The position numbers and the translations under genes were made by a program. DNA of 63,813 nucleotides, counting the filler. It is 5 parts of 5 records of this genome, joined end to end, with 100 filler letters (N's around TTAATTAATTAA, not from the genome) between each part and the next. Parts side by side here need not be neighbours in the genome. Positions count along the whole stretch, not along the records: positions 29,878 to 49,569 come from SRR31156797_26079; positions 49,670 to 56,526 come from SRR31156797_26093; positions 56,627 to 63,813 come from SRR31156797_26099; 2 more parts are not named here. One strand, written 5' to 3'. The notes below the pieces were generated by a model. The model worked only from the letters and a program-made list of their open reading frames with translations, searched no databases and was not told the DNA's origin. Position 1 is the stretch's first letter. Every line of letters begins with the position of its first letter. Shown in pieces: positions 49,285 through 60,607 of the stretch.

Positions 49285-49569
49285 ATGCCTGAAACTCAAA
49301 AAACACGCATCAACAAATATTTAAGTGAAGTTGGGTATTGCTCTCGTCGCAAGGCTGATGAATTAATTGAAAAAGGACGTATTACAATCAATGGAAAAGT
49401 GCCGGAAATGGGTACTAAAGTTGATGCAGATGATGAAATTAGAGTCGATGGTAAATTGATTACTGAAAAAGAAAAGGAACCAATATATATTGCTTTTAAC
49501 AAACCAATAGGAATTGTTACGACTACAGATACTAGAAGGGAAAAAGATAATATTATTGATTTTATCAAT
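49285..49569 (+). CDS. rluF: 23S rRNA pseudouridine synthase (RluF/RsuA family), 3' truncated
   Basis: S4 domain RINKYLSE.G.CSRR.AD, FNKP.GIV. Confidence 0.8.
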
Positions 49570-49669
49570 NNNNNNNNNNNNNNNNNNNNNNNNNNNNNNN
49601 NNNNNNNNNNNNNTTAATTAATTAANNNNNNNNNNNNNNNNNNNNNNNNNNNNNNNNNNNNNNNNNNNN
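49570..49669. other. Artificial contig linker
   Basis: N-run with TTAATTAATTAA. Confidence 0.98.
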
Positions 49670-50285
49670 TTTTTGATTCTAACTCTTTATCTTTTAAAGG
49701 CTCAAACTTATCAAACATTTTATCTCTGATTACAGGATAAAGCATATTTATCAAAATAATTACTGCAAAAATAAATATAAATCCCCAAATCCACCAATTT
49801 GAAAAGTTTCCTATAATCCAAGAAATAGCACCAATTACTAAAGACCCAAATATTAAAAATAGTATTCCTGTTTTAATAGTGTCTTTGATAAATAAACTTG
49901 GAGTCATATTTGAAAATCCATATTTTTTATCTAATTTAAATGTTGCATATAAATCAAAAGGTAAGCCTAAAATCCAATTTATAACAATAAATAAATCAAT
50001 AAAAACAATTGCTTTTAACCAAGCTTGTTCAATATTTACTACTGAATCTAAAGCAGAAAGCCCAAACCCAATCCAAAATATAAAAATAAGAAAGCTATAA
50101 AAAGAAGATAAAATAGCTACTTTTTCTTTTTCAATAGAATAATTAGCAGCTTCAAAATATTTTTGAGAATCCAAAATTATAGGTTTTAAATCTCTTGCAT
50201 TTTTAACAAACCCTATTTGCATAAATGATGTATAAATTGTAAAGAAAAAATAAATACAATATGCGGCAACAAAAAATCCTAACAC
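49670..50285 (-). CDS. M48 (Ste24-like) metallopeptidase, N-terminal part
   Basis: LPF..Y.TF.LD.KYGFS.MT..LFI.D and F.PL...L motifs; truncated before HEXXH. Confidence 0.8.
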
Positions 50286-50366
50286 AAAATAATCCTTTAT
50301 TTGATATTTATAATAAAGTCCTATTTTACCCTTTTTGAACTTTTTATTTATTGAAAATAGCTATCA

Positions 50367-51374
50367 TTACTCTTTATTGAAATCATCTTTAGATAACATT
50401 ACCCTATTTCTTCCTGCTTTTTTTGCATCGTATAAAGCCACATCTGCTCGATGAAGCACAGTTTCCAAGTCAGGATCAGTTGAATGAAGCATCGTGACAC
50501 CTATACTTATAGTAAACTCTATTCTTGCATTTTTAGGAGAAAGTATTTCAAGAGTTTCAATCTCTTCTCTAATGTTTTCGGCAGCTTTTAAAGCTCCCCT
50601 TTCTGAAGTATTAGGTAAAACAGCGGCAAACTCTTCTCCACCCAACCTTCCAAAAATATCAGACTTTCTTAATGTCTCTTCTGTTTTTTGTGCCATTGTT
50701 CTTATAACATCATCACCAACTGCATGACCATGAACATCGTTTATAAGTTTAAAGTTATCAATATCAATCATTAGCAATGCTAATTTTTTATTTTCTCTTC
50801 TTGCATATCTTATCATTGGAGATGAAGATTCAAAAAAGCTTCTTCTATTTTTTACACCTGTTAAAGAGTCTGTTGTTGCAAGAACTTCAAGTTTTACATT
50901 TATATCGTTTAACTCTTTTGTTCTTTTCTCTACTGCACTTTCTAAAACTCGTTGATATTCTTCAAGTCTTCTGTCTTGAGCATTTTGTTTTATTGCTTCT
51001 AAAATAATAAGCTCAAAATCAACTTTATCAAATCGTCTTGGAATAACTTGATAAATTGATGCAGTGTTAATTATATTTGCTAAAGATTCTACAGTTACAA
51101 CATCTTCAAATAATATATTTTTTGTGTTTGGGGAGTTTTTATGTAATTCACTGATAAACTTATCACACTTGATTGGAGAACAATCTTTACCTAAAATTGT
51201 AATTAAAATCTCTTTTCCCGAAATTATATAATTGTAACACCCAATTAATGCTTGTTCTGCATTTATATAACTTTCTACCAAATAATCAGTGTCAACTATT
51301 CTTGATATTTTATTATATAAAGAATCTAAAACCTCTACATCACTATCGATACAGGCAATCACATATTTTCCCAA
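50367..51374 (-). CDS. Diguanylate cyclase with a degenerate REC-like N-terminus
   Basis: TDSLTG, DIDNFK.IND.HGH..GD, RKSD I-site, GGEEF. Confidence 0.92.
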   Translation of the reverse strand: MGKYVIACIDSDVEVLDSLYNKISRIVDTDYLVESYINAEQALIGCYNYIISGKEILITILGKDCSPIKCDKFISELHKNSPNTKNILFEDVVTVESLANIINTASIYQVIPRRFDKVDFELIILEAIKQNAQDRRLEEYQRVLESAVEKRTKELNDINVKLEVLATTDSLTGVKNRRSFFESSSPMIRYARRENKKLALLMIDIDNFKLINDVHGHAVGDDVIRTMAQKTEETLRKSDIFGRLGGEEFAAVLPNTSERGALKAAENIREEIETLEILSPKNARIEFTISIGVTMLHSTDPDLETVLHRADVALYDAKKAGRNRVMLSKDDFNKE

Positions 51375-51560
51375 AATAACCCCTAAAACATATTGTAAAA
51401 AAGCAAAAAAGTAATAAAAAAATGTATAATATCTAAAAATAAATAAAACATAAGATTATAAAATTAACTTTTTTATATATCTAAATATTATTTAATTGTT
51501 ATGCTTGATTTATATATTTGTTATACTAATAAATTGAGTAAATATTTAAAGGTTACTATC

Positions 51561-51923
51561 TTAATTTAAAACTTCTAAAATATTTTTAGGGATTCTAGAT
51601 GGTTTGTTTTCTTTTAAATATACAAGTTTTACTTTAGCAGTAAAAAGTAATTCTTCATCTCTTAACACTTTTTGAAAAATTTCAACACTTGCACCTTTAT
51701 TTGTAAGAAGTTCAGATGTTACATCAATCAAATCTCCAAATTTTGCACTTTGGTGGTATTCTGCTTCAACTTTCTTTACTACAAAAAATTCATTTTCTTG
51801 GTGTGGAGATAAACCCTTTTCAAAAAAAAGATTACTTCTTGCTCTTTCACAAAACTTTAAATAGTTTGCATAGTAAACAATACCTCCACAATCTGTATCT
51901 TCATAATAAACTCTGATTTTCAT
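51561..51923 (-). CDS. YbgC/FadM-family acyl-CoA thioesterase
   Basis: RVYYEDTD.GG.VYYANYLKF.ERAR. Confidence 0.92.
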   Translation of the reverse strand: MKIRVYYEDTDCGGIVYYANYLKFCERARSNLFFEKGLSPHQENEFFVVKKVEAEYHQSAKFGDLIDVTSELLTNKGASVEIFQKVLRDEELLFTAKVKLVYLKENKPSRIPKNILEVLN

Positions 51924-52056
51924 GCTAAATTTCCTTATTTTTTTAATTATTAATCCACTATGCTATATTTTGAATAATATTTATAGGATTTTAGCACTAA
52001 ATAAGTACAAGAATGCTTACTTTAGTTATTTTAGAAAGTATTATTAAATTTTGTTT

Positions 52057-52497
52057 TTAACCTTTTAAAGTACTAAAATATCCATCTTCAACAGGTTCAA
52101 GCCATTCATTACTTGTCTCTTCGCCTGGAACCTCTACAGAAATATGACTAAACCAACTATCAGCTTTCGCTCCATGCCAGTGTTTTGTATTTGCTGGGAT
52201 AATAACAATACTTCCTTCTTTTAAACTAACAGCTTCTTGACCATCTTGTTGATACCAACCCTCACCTGCTGTACAGATTAAGATTTGACCTCCACCACTT
52301 TTTGCTTTATGGATATGCCAATTATTTCTACATGCTGGTTCAAAAGTAACATTAGCAAGAAATATTGGAGATTCTTTTGGATTTACTAAAAATTTAAGAA
52401 AAGAATCACCAATAAAATATTTTGCATATGCATCATTTGCCTCACCTTGTCCAAATATATTTGCTTTATCAAATTCTACTTTATTCATATATTTCAT
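52057..52497 (-). CDS. Cupin domain protein
   Basis: NVTFEPACRNNWHIH, HWHGA. Confidence 0.88.
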   Translation of the reverse strand: MKYMNKVEFDKANIFGQGEANDAYAKYFIGDSFLKFLVNPKESPIFLANVTFEPACRNNWHIHKAKSGGGQILICTAGEGWYQQDGQEAVSLKEGSIVIIPANTKHWHGAKADSWFSHISVEVPGEETSNEWLEPVEDGYFSTLKG

Positions 52498-52621
52498 AAT
52501 TTACTCCTATAATATATTTAAAAATATAGATTAATAATTATTATAAAATAAAGTAAAAAAAGTATGTAGAATTATTCTTTAAATAACTTGCCTAATTCTC
52601 GAAATTTTAGATTTTTAAAAC

Positions 52622-52813
52622 TTAATGTTTTAAATCCTTTATTAATTTTGGCATTATTTCACCTATTTGTTTGTAATCGTAAGAGAAGCTAAATTTTACA
52701 AGCTCATATAACTCGTGATTTTTATATTTTTCATGCCACTTAAGTTCTTTATTTTCAAATATATTAAAATATTCAAATCTCATTTTATATGCTTTTTCCA
52801 GTTTTTTATTCAT
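52622..52813 (-). CDS. Small hypothetical protein
   Basis: 63-aa ORF co-oriented with its neighbours. Confidence 0.45.
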   Translation of the reverse strand: MNKKLEKAYKMRFEYFNIFENKELKWHEKYKNHELYELVKFSFSYDYKQIGEIMPKLIKDLKH

Positions 52814-53058
52814 AGTATTTTCTTATTTAATAATTTTAAATATATATTATCTAAAAATAATTTATTAATACAATTTATTTTAATTTGATGATACTTTTAG
52901 ATAATAAGTATTTTGTGACTAACACTAACTTACCGAAGATTTTTTGCAACTTTTAAGAAATTTATTGAAATTTAACTTTATTTTTTAAATTAATATAAAA
53001 AATTAATTAAAAACCTTATATAATAATTTTTTTAAATTTTATACCTATTAGTTGGACT

Positions 53059-54981
53059 ATGAATACAAATAAGAATAATGAAAAGAATCTAATCAATATA
53101 ATAAAATATGGTGCAGTGATGCCGATAATTGCCCTTTCCATAATATTTACTTATATCTTTATTCAATACAAAAATGAAGAATTAAAAAAAGAAGTAAATG
53201 ATATAAAAATCAAATTCTTAAATAAAAACAAAAAAGATGTAAAAGAGGAAGTTAACCGAGTTATAAATAGTATCAATCATGAAATTAGTAAAAGTGATTT
53301 AGACTTAAAAATATTTCTAGAAAAAAAAGTCTATGAAGCCCATAAAATTGCGACTAGCATATATAACACAAATCTCAAACAAGGAACTAAAAGTAAAGAA
53401 GAGATTTTTGAAATAATCAAAAATGTGCTTGAAAACATAAGTTATAGTAACAATAGAGGGTATATATTTATGGATGATATAAATGGTATAAAAATACTCC
53501 AACCCAAAAACAAAGAGTTTGAAGGAAAAGACTTTTCTGAGTTTGAAGACCCAAAAGGATATAAGTTTGTAAAGAAGATTATTGAAACTATTAAAAATAA
53601 ATCAGAAACTTATGATAAATACTATTGGTTTAAAAATGCACAAGATAGTATTGCATATGAGAAAATGAGTTTTTATAAATACTTCGAACCTTATGATTTA
53701 GCTATTGGAGCTGGTGAATATATAGTTGATTTTGAAAAACAAATTCAAAAAAAGATGTTAGAAAGAATCAAAAGAATAAAATTTCAAGACAATGGATATA
53801 TTGCAGTATTTAACTCAAAAGGAAAGTATTTATCACACTTTGTAGAAAATAATATTGGTAGAAATGGTTTTGATATAAAAGATAGTGAAGGTAGATATTT
53901 TATCAAGGAGTTTGTAGAGTTTGCAAAGAAAAATAAAGAAGGATTTGTATCTTATATAGCTAGTTCTAAACCTAATGGTGAAAATAAAAACAGAAGAAAA
54001 ATTTCTTATGTAAAATACTTTAAAAAATGGGATTGGATTATATTATCAGGATTCTATTTAGAAGAGTTAAACAATGAAATCAAAATCAAAGAGATTGAAC
54101 TTACTGACAAATATGAAAAAATGATTCAAAAAATCATTACTATTAGTTTTCTTGTAACTATAGTTTTAATTTTGTTTTCTTTTTATATTTCTAGAGTTAT
54201 TTTTAATAGATTTAATGATTATAAAAAAGAACTAAAAACAGAAGTTGATAAAAAAATAGAAAATGAAAAACTATTAATACAACAATCAAAAATGGCTATT
54301 ATGGGTGAGATGATTGGAAACATTGCATATCAATGGAAACAACCTTTAAATCTCATCAGTACATCAAACAGTCTTTTAAAATTAAATAGAGAAATTGATA
54401 ATTTTAGTACTCCTGAACAAATTGAAGAGGCACTAAAGAATATAGATGATTCAGTTATTTATCTTGCAGATACAATTGATGATTTTAAAACATACTTTAG
54501 CCCTAGTAAAATAAAATCAGTATTCAAGATAGGTTACATATTCAATAAGACTTTTAAACTTCTAAATCTGAAATTTCAAGAACATAAAATTGAAATAATC
54601 TCTGATATTGAAGAAATAGAGATGTATGGATATGAAAATGAACTTCTACAAGCAATTATTACACTAATGAAAAACTCTATTGATGAACTTCAAAACATAA
54701 ATGAAAATAGAAAAATATTTATCTCTGTAAAAGAGAAAAACAACGAAGTAGTAATTAAAATAAAAGATAATGCAGGTGGAATACCACCAGAACAACTTAA
54801 TAAAGTATTTGAAGCTTATTTCTTAAGTAAAAAAGAAAAAAGTATAGACCTTTATATGTGTAAACAAATAATCACGAACCTAAAAGGTAAAATATCTGCT
54901 TCAAATGTAGAGGTTGAGGACAACAATGAAAAGTATGATGGTACACAATTTACAATAAGACTACCTAAAGATATAAAATAA
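53059..54981 (+). CDS. Cache-domain sensor histidine kinase-like protein with a degenerate H-box and G2 box
   Basis: Two Cache repeats between TM segments; EMIGNIAYQWKQPL, DNAGGI, FEAYF, no GxGxG. Confidence 0.85.
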   Translation: MNTNKNNEKNLINIIKYGAVMPIIALSIIFTYIFIQYKNEELKKEVNDIKIKFLNKNKKDVKEEVNRVINSINHEISKSDLDLKIFLEKKVYEAHKIATSIYNTNLKQGTKSKEEIFEIIKNVLENISYSNNRGYIFMDDINGIKILQPKNKEFEGKDFSEFEDPKGYKFVKKIIETIKNKSETYDKYYWFKNAQDSIAYEKMSFYKYFEPYDLAIGAGEYIVDFEKQIQKKMLERIKRIKFQDNGYIAVFNSKGKYLSHFVENNIGRNGFDIKDSEGRYFIKEFVEFAKKNKEGFVSYIASSKPNGENKNRRKISYVKYFKKWDWIILSGFYLEELNNEIKIKEIELTDKYEKMIQKIITISFLVTIVLILFSFYISRVIFNRFNDYKKELKTEVDKKIENEKLLIQQSKMAIMGEMIGNIAYQWKQPLNLISTSNSLLKLNREIDNFSTPEQIEEALKNIDDSVIYLADTIDDFKTYFSPSKIKSVFKIGYIFNKTFKLLNLKFQEHKIEIISDIEEIEMYGYENELLQAIITLMKNSIDELQNINENRKIFISVKEKNNEVVIKIKDNAGGIPPEQLNKVFEAYFLSKKEKSIDLYMCKQIITNLKGKISASNVEVEDNNEKYDGTQFTIRLPKDIK

Positions 54982-54983
54982 AA

Positions 54984-55019
54984 TATATGATAAAACCCTA
55001 GTAAAGGGTTTATCATATA
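54984..55019. terminator. Bidirectional terminator between convergent genes
   Basis: TATATGATAAAACCCT...AGGGTTTATCATATA inverted repeat. Confidence 0.7.
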
Positions 55020-55028
55020 AAAACTTTA

Positions 55029-56048
55029 TTAACCCATTGGATATAAAATCTCTTTTTGAACCTCTTCAATTTTTGTTAATAATTCAGAAGATATTTCAAA
55101 ATCCAATGCATCTAAAGATTCATCAAGTTGAGAAAGTTTTCTTGCTCCAATAATAGTTGAAGCAACAAAATCAAAGTGTTTTGAATATGCAACTGCTAAA
55201 GTAACAGGAGTTGTTCCAAACTCTTTTGCTAATTCCATATATCTTTTTGTAGCTTCAATTGTTTTATCATTTACAAATCTTTGCGCTTGAGCTTGAACTC
55301 TTGGGCTTTTATGTTTTGCATATGCTGTAAATCTACAACCATCTGGATATAAACCACTATTGTATTTTCCTGATAAAACCCCTCCTCCAATTGGTGAATA
55401 TGGAAGAAGTGAGATATTTTCTCTTCTACATACATTTGCTAACTCATCATGGAATCTTGGGTTTAATAATGAGAAGTTATTTTGAATAGATTCAAATCTA
55501 ACCAAATCTTTATATTTTGAAGCCTCATTTGCTTTTGTAAGACCATAAGCAGAATCATTTGAAGTTCCAATATATCTTACTTTTCCCTCACGAACTAGCT
55601 CATCAAAAGCTTTTAAACTCTCTTCAATAGGTACAATTGTATCTGGCCAATGCATTTGATAAAGGTCGATATAATCAGTATCAAGTCTTTTTAAACTTCC
55701 CTCAACTGCTCTTTTTATATGAAAAGAATCTATTGCTGTAAGACCATGTCTTGTAGGTGGAACAAACCATCCTGAAGCAGCACCTGCTACTTTTGATGCT
55801 AAGATGATTGATTCTCTTGGCTTGCTTTTTAACCACTCCCCTACTATTTTTTCAGTTGTACCTTCATAAGAAGCTTTTGGAGGTACTGGATAGATCTCGG
55901 CTGTATCATAAAAATTAATTCCTCTTTCATAAGCTCTATCCATAATCTTGAAAGCTTCAGCTTTATCAGTTGAGCTTCCAAATGTCATCGTTCCTAAACA
56001 AATAGGAGTTACTCTAAGTCCACTTTTACCTATATAGTTATATTTCAT
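55029..56048 (-). CDS. Aldo/keto reductase (Tas-like)
   Basis: LGTMTFG, DTAEIY, DYIDLYQMHWP, GKVRYIG.SN. Confidence 0.92.
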   Translation of the reverse strand: MKYNYIGKSGLRVTPICLGTMTFGSSTDKAEAFKIMDRAYERGINFYDTAEIYPVPPKASYEGTTEKIVGEWLKSKPRESIILASKVAGAASGWFVPPTRHGLTAIDSFHIKRAVEGSLKRLDTDYIDLYQMHWPDTIVPIEESLKAFDELVREGKVRYIGTSNDSAYGLTKANEASKYKDLVRFESIQNNFSLLNPRFHDELANVCRRENISLLPYSPIGGGVLSGKYNSGLYPDGCRFTAYAKHKSPRVQAQAQRFVNDKTIEATKRYMELAKEFGTTPVTLAVAYSKHFDFVASTIIGARKLSQLDESLDALDFEISSELLTKIEEVQKEILYPMG

Positions 56049-56105
56049 TATATTTCCTTTATAAAAAAGAAAGATTATAACGCTTTATATTTTAAGAAGA
56101 AATAA

Positions 56106-56526
56106 TCACTCCATTATACATATCTCTTTTTTGAATATGTGTACAAGTGTTTCTTTTGCTACTAAAGAAACTATTAAAAGAGTTAAAAAAGTAAAAACAT
56201 AAGATAAAACCCAATAAAAATCATCATGTGTTAGTTCATACATAAGAATAGTCGCAATAGTAACAGCATCCATAGGAAAAGTAAAAGCCCACCATGAGAT
56301 AAAAAATTTGATGTTAATATAGTTTTTATACATCACAAAAACTAAGATAGTAAAAAACAAAGCTAAACTATATAAAATATGTGCAAAAAAATCTAAACTT
56401 GAAGTTAGTTTTATATATGCAACAAAACCAATAGCTGGTGGGGCAATAAGTATAAATAAAGTTGGCATAAATTTTGGAGCAAATTGATTATGAAATATAA
56501 TTCTATTTAAAATAATTGCAAATAAA
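56106..56526 (-). CDS. SLAC1/TehA (TDT) family channel, C-terminal part
   Basis: PTLFILIAPP, F.ISWWAFTFP; open to the contig edge. Confidence 0.85.
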
Positions 56527-56626
56527 NNNNNNNNNNNNNNNNNNNNNNNNNNNNNNNNNNNNNNNNNNNNTTAATTAATTAANNNNNNNNNNNNNNNNNN
56601 NNNNNNNNNNNNNNNNNNNNNNNNNN
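56527..56626. other. Artificial contig linker
   Basis: N-run with TTAATTAATTAA. Confidence 0.98.
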
Positions 56627-56643
56627 TTATTAAGGAGCAAAAT

Positions 56644-58608
56644 ATGTTTAAAAATCTAAAACTTGGTGCAAAGCTTTCAATCGGATTCGGAACAGTACTG
56701 GCAATTCTTATAGTGATAGGAGTGATAAGCTGGTCAGCACTGAATACGGCGTCGCAAGGGTTTAAAGAGTATCGGGGCCTGGCAAGAGATTCGATTCTGA
56801 CGGGAAGACTGCAGGCTAACATTCTGATGATGCGCATGAATGTCAAAGACTTTATTATAACCGGCAATGAAAAAGACAAAGAGCAGTTTCAGGAATACTG
56901 GACACGGACTATGGGATTCCTCGAACAGGCACACATGGAGATACAGAAAAAGGAGCGCGCCGAAAGCATCAATTTTATAGACGGGGCATTGAAGGAGTAT
57001 ATTGAAGGCTGGGACCATATCGTTGAAGCTCGGGTTCAGAGGGATGATCTTGTTCTTAACATTCTGGACGTCAATGGTCCCCTGATGGAAAAGGATCTTA
57101 CAAGCATAATGGAATCCGCTTATGCGGACAGGGATTCTGTTGCGGCATATTATGCTGGCTTGGCGCTGCGGAATCTTCTTCTTGCGAGGTTATACGTAAC
57201 AAAATTTCTTGATACGAACGCTCAGGCCCATGTCGACAGGGTCAGAACAGAGCTGGATGCGTTCAAACTTCAGCTTAGCATCCTCGACAAAGAGATTCAA
57301 AATCCGACAAGACGGGGTTATCTTGCCAACATCGAATCGAAATATGTACTTTATTCCAACAGCTTCGAAGAACTTGTTACCGTAATATTCAATCGCAACG
57401 ATGTCATTACGAACACCCTCGACAGAATAGGTCCCGAGATAGCGGGGTCGATTGAAGATGTAAAGCTTTCCGTGAAAGATGAGCAGGACGCTCTTGGGCC
57501 GCTTCTGCAGAAGTCAAACGATAATTCAGTCCGCCTTGTCCTTATCTCCGTTATCGTAGCATTAGCCGTAGGCATCGGCGCCTCAATTTTATTGACCAGA
57601 ATGATTACATTACCCTTGCAAGAGGCCGTTGCCGCTGCTATAAAGATTTCTTCCGGAGATCTTGTCGGTATAAATATCAAAGCCACTTCAGACGATGAAA
57701 TTGGAGATCTGATAAAATCACTCCAGAATATGGTCGTAAAATTATCAGAGGTCGTTTCTTCCATTCAGACAGCCTCTTCAAGTGTCCATTCCGGGGCAAG
57801 GCAATTATCCGATACCGCGCAGACTATTTCTGAAGGCGCAACTGAACAGGCGGCAACCGCTGAAGAGGTGTCAGCATCGATGGAAGAGATGCGCGCTACG
57901 ATCAGCCAGAACAATGAGCATTCCAGTCAAACGGAAAATATAGCCGGGAAATCGGCGGACGGTGCGGAGTCAGGAGGAAGCGCCGTATTGGAAGCAGTAG
58001 AGGCTATGAGGTTGATTGCGGATAAAATCAAAATAATCGAAGAGATTTCAAGAAACACGAACCTGCTATCTCTTAATGCCGCAATTGAAGCAGCACGTGC
58101 AGGTGAGCATGGAAAAGGATTTGCCGTTGTCGCTTCCGAAGTCGGAAAGCTTGCGGCTAACAGCAAATCAGCTGCTAATGAAATCCTGAATATTGCCACT
58201 TCAAGCGTAGTAAAGGCGAATCAAGCCGGAGAGCAGATACAGGGCATAATTCCTGATATTAGAAAAACTGCGGATCTTGTATCAGAAATCACAGCGGCAA
58301 GCAAGGAACAGGAGGCGGCGGCTGAACAGATAAACAATACGATGTTACAGCTTGATCAGGTTATCCAGCAGAACGCAGCGGCATCTGAAGAATCTTCTGC
58401 AATGTCAGAGGAACTCGCAAGTCAGGCGGATCAATTGATCGATATCATCAGCTTCTTCTCAACAAGCGGCAAGGCACAGAGGCTTGAGACCAAAACTGCC
58501 GAAATCCCCGTAGACACTCAATTGAATCTTCCTGAAAACTCCGGGGATACGATTACCCCTATGAGGAGTGACGAAGGAGCGTCCGACAGTGCGTTTGAAA
58601 GCTTTTAA
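56644..58608 (+). CDS. Methyl-accepting chemotaxis protein (large helical sensor + HAMP)
   Basis: Two TM segments, [35 protein letters not shown]. Confidence 0.95.
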   Translation: MFKNLKLGAKLSIGFGTVLAILIVIGVISWSALNTASQGFKEYRGLARDSILTGRLQANILMMRMNVKDFIITGNEKDKEQFQEYWTRTMGFLEQAHMEIQKKERAESINFIDGALKEYIEGWDHIVEARVQRDDLVLNILDVNGPLMEKDLTSIMESAYADRDSVAAYYAGLALRNLLLARLYVTKFLDTNAQAHVDRVRTELDAFKLQLSILDKEIQNPTRRGYLANIESKYVLYSNSFEELVTVIFNRNDVITNTLDRIGPEIAGSIEDVKLSVKDEQDALGPLLQKSNDNSVRLVLISVIVALAVGIGASILLTRMITLPLQEAVAAAIKISSGDLVGINIKATSDDEIGDLIKSLQNMVVKLSEVVSSIQTASSSVHSGARQLSDTAQTISEGATEQAATAEEVSASMEEMRATISQNNEHSSQTENIAGKSADGAESGGSAVLEAVEAMRLIADKIKIIEEISRNTNLLSLNAAIEAARAGEHGKGFAVVASEVGKLAANSKSAANEILNIATSSVVKANQAGEQIQGIIPDIRKTADLVSEITAASKEQEAAAEQINNTMLQLDQVIQQNAAASEESSAMSEELASQADQLIDIISFFSTSGKAQRLETKTAEIPVDTQLNLPENSGDTITPMRSDEGASDSAFESF

Positions 58609-58800
58609 ACCGGTAAACGAAGGTTGATTCAATAGGTTTCGGATACAATGAAATATGAGCCGTTTTTATTGAAGAATACATTGTTGTTCGGTCAATAGAA
58701 TACGCAGGCTCCAAAAGCCTTGTTCATTCACTGGGAATGCGTGTAAGCATTATACCTCTTGTCAGAGTGGACCTTTAGCGTAAGAGAATCAAAGCTCTGA

Positions 58801-58967
58801 GGGTCCACTCGCTGGAGAGTAAGAACGATGGACAAGGAGGCAGGCATTTCAAAGTCGACCGTTCAACGAATCTGGAGCGCTTATGGACTCTCAGCCTATA
58901 GACAGAGCTCTTTATCATTGAAAAGGCTCGCGATATTGTCAGACTCTATCTGAGCCTTGTTCTTCTG
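58801..58967 (+). pseudogene. IS630-family transposase remnant
   Basis: GSTRWRVRTMDKEAGISKSTVQRIWSAYGL, then FIIEKARDIVRLYL in a shifted frame. Confidence 0.7.
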
Positions 58968-59179
58968 TCATGATTCGTCCTGTATTTTATCTGATTTATT
59001 ATGGCAAAAGTATCTTATTCAGACTTTTGTGTAGGCTCATCCATTCTATAAACAGAACATGCCAGAAAGGTTCACCTTAAAGGGCGGGGAATTATCCATC
59101 CTTAGATTAAATTTGATTTATGGATTAAGAAGGATTTATAATTTTCTAAGAGGCATCCGCGGAATCAGTCGGAGGAAAA

Positions 59180-60589
59180 ATGAAAAAGAAAACAATTATA
59201 ATGGCGTCTGTTTTCGCAGCGGTGGTCATTACCGTTCTCCTGATAATGAATGGCCGGGGACGAACAGAAAAGGAAGAACAGATTACAGAAGACCGGGAGA
59301 CCCGGGCTGAAGGGGCGCAAGACATGGATTTATCGGCCTGGACCAGTGCCGGTATTGATTGGCGCCAGTTCGAAGGCAGCAGTCTTTCTGTTTTGGCCGA
59401 TGCCCAGGCAGGATTCATGGCTCTCCGCCGGCAGCTTCCCCTATTCGAAGCTCTGACCGGGATAGAGGTGGGAATCGATTCGGTGGAGCAGGCGAAGATG
59501 CGGGAGAAAAGGGAGGTTGATCTGAGTTCAGGCAGCGGCATATATGATGTTTTCCCCATCGGCGTCACCTATCTCGGCACGGCCTATCAAAATGGCTGGT
59601 TCGAGTATCTCGACCCCTACCTGGCCGATCCGGATTTAACGGATGCAGACTGGTATGATTTCTCCGACATAAGCCAGAACAGCATAACCCTTTGTCAGAT
59701 AGACGGGCATCTGGGCTCACTGCCTTTTGACTATTCCGCTCCTATTCTTTTCTACCGCAAAGACCTGTTTGACAAATATGGGATTCCGGTTCCGGACAGC
59801 TATGAAGAAGTGGCTGAGATGAAGAAGAGTATTCAGAAGGCCCTGGAGGATGACGGTGTGTCGGATGTGTATGGATTCGCCGGCCGGACACGGATAGGGG
59901 CAGGTATGAACACATGGACTGTGATTCCCTGCATACGATCCTATGGATCGGATATCCTGGATCAGAAGGGGCAGCCCATCTTCAACAATCCCCAGGGAGT
60001 GCGAGCCCTGGAGGTTTACAATGATATGTCCAACGGATACGGAAATCCCCCGGACAGCCGGGTCCTGCATTTTTATGATATCCGCCGTATGTTCAGGGAA
60101 GGCAAGCTTGCTTCGGCTCTTCTGGCCTCCCATTTTTTCAATGAGATAAATACCCCTGAGAAATCGGAGATCTGGGATAAGTGGGACGCCGCGTTGACTC
60201 CCAGGGGCCCCGCGGCGAGAGAAACATCGCCATGGGCCTGGGCCCTCAGCATTAACAGCGCCTCGAAGAATAAAAAGGCTGCCTGGCTGTTCATCCAATG
60301 GGCCACATCCAAAGCGACTGCGGAACTCCTTCATGACGGAGGCGCCCCCGCCAGATTGTCGACCTGGGACTCCGAATACTATGCGACTATGGAGCAAAAG
60401 GGGCTGATCGAGGCGGTCAAGTGGATACTCAATGAGGGAACGGTTTCATCTATACAGGCAGGTGTTCCCGAGTTCCCAGAAGTGGGAGATGTCATTTCCA
60501 CTGCTTTCAGCGAAATCTTCTACGGGGCCCCGGTTCAGAAAAGCCTGGATGATGCCGCAGTCAAGGTAGAGTCTATTATGGGGAATTGA
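59180..60589 (+). CDS. Membrane-anchored family-1 solute-binding protein with no adjacent permeases
   Basis: N-terminal TM segment, LFYRKDLF, VPDSYEE, AAWLFIQWAT. Confidence 0.85.
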   Translation: MKKKTIIMASVFAAVVITVLLIMNGRGRTEKEEQITEDRETRAEGAQDMDLSAWTSAGIDWRQFEGSSLSVLADAQAGFMALRRQLPLFEALTGIEVGIDSVEQAKMREKREVDLSSGSGIYDVFPIGVTYLGTAYQNGWFEYLDPYLADPDLTDADWYDFSDISQNSITLCQIDGHLGSLPFDYSAPILFYRKDLFDKYGIPVPDSYEEVAEMKKSIQKALEDDGVSDVYGFAGRTRIGAGMNTWTVIPCIRSYGSDILDQKGQPIFNNPQGVRALEVYNDMSNGYGNPPDSRVLHFYDIRRMFREGKLASALLASHFFNEINTPEKSEIWDKWDAALTPRGPAARETSPWAWALSINSASKNKKAAWLFIQWATSKATAELLHDGGAPARLSTWDSEYYATMEQKGLIEAVKWILNEGTVSSIQAGVPEFPEVGDVISTAFSEIFYGAPVQKSLDDAAVKVESIMGN

Positions 60590-60607
60590 GCGACCTGGCA
60601 AGGACTG

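Noticed and set aside
21993-56626. Repeated TTAATTAATTAA within N-runs and abrupt GC shifts
   Set aside because: Artificial linkers between unrelated contigs; no cross-linker gene context or horizontal transfer should be inferred
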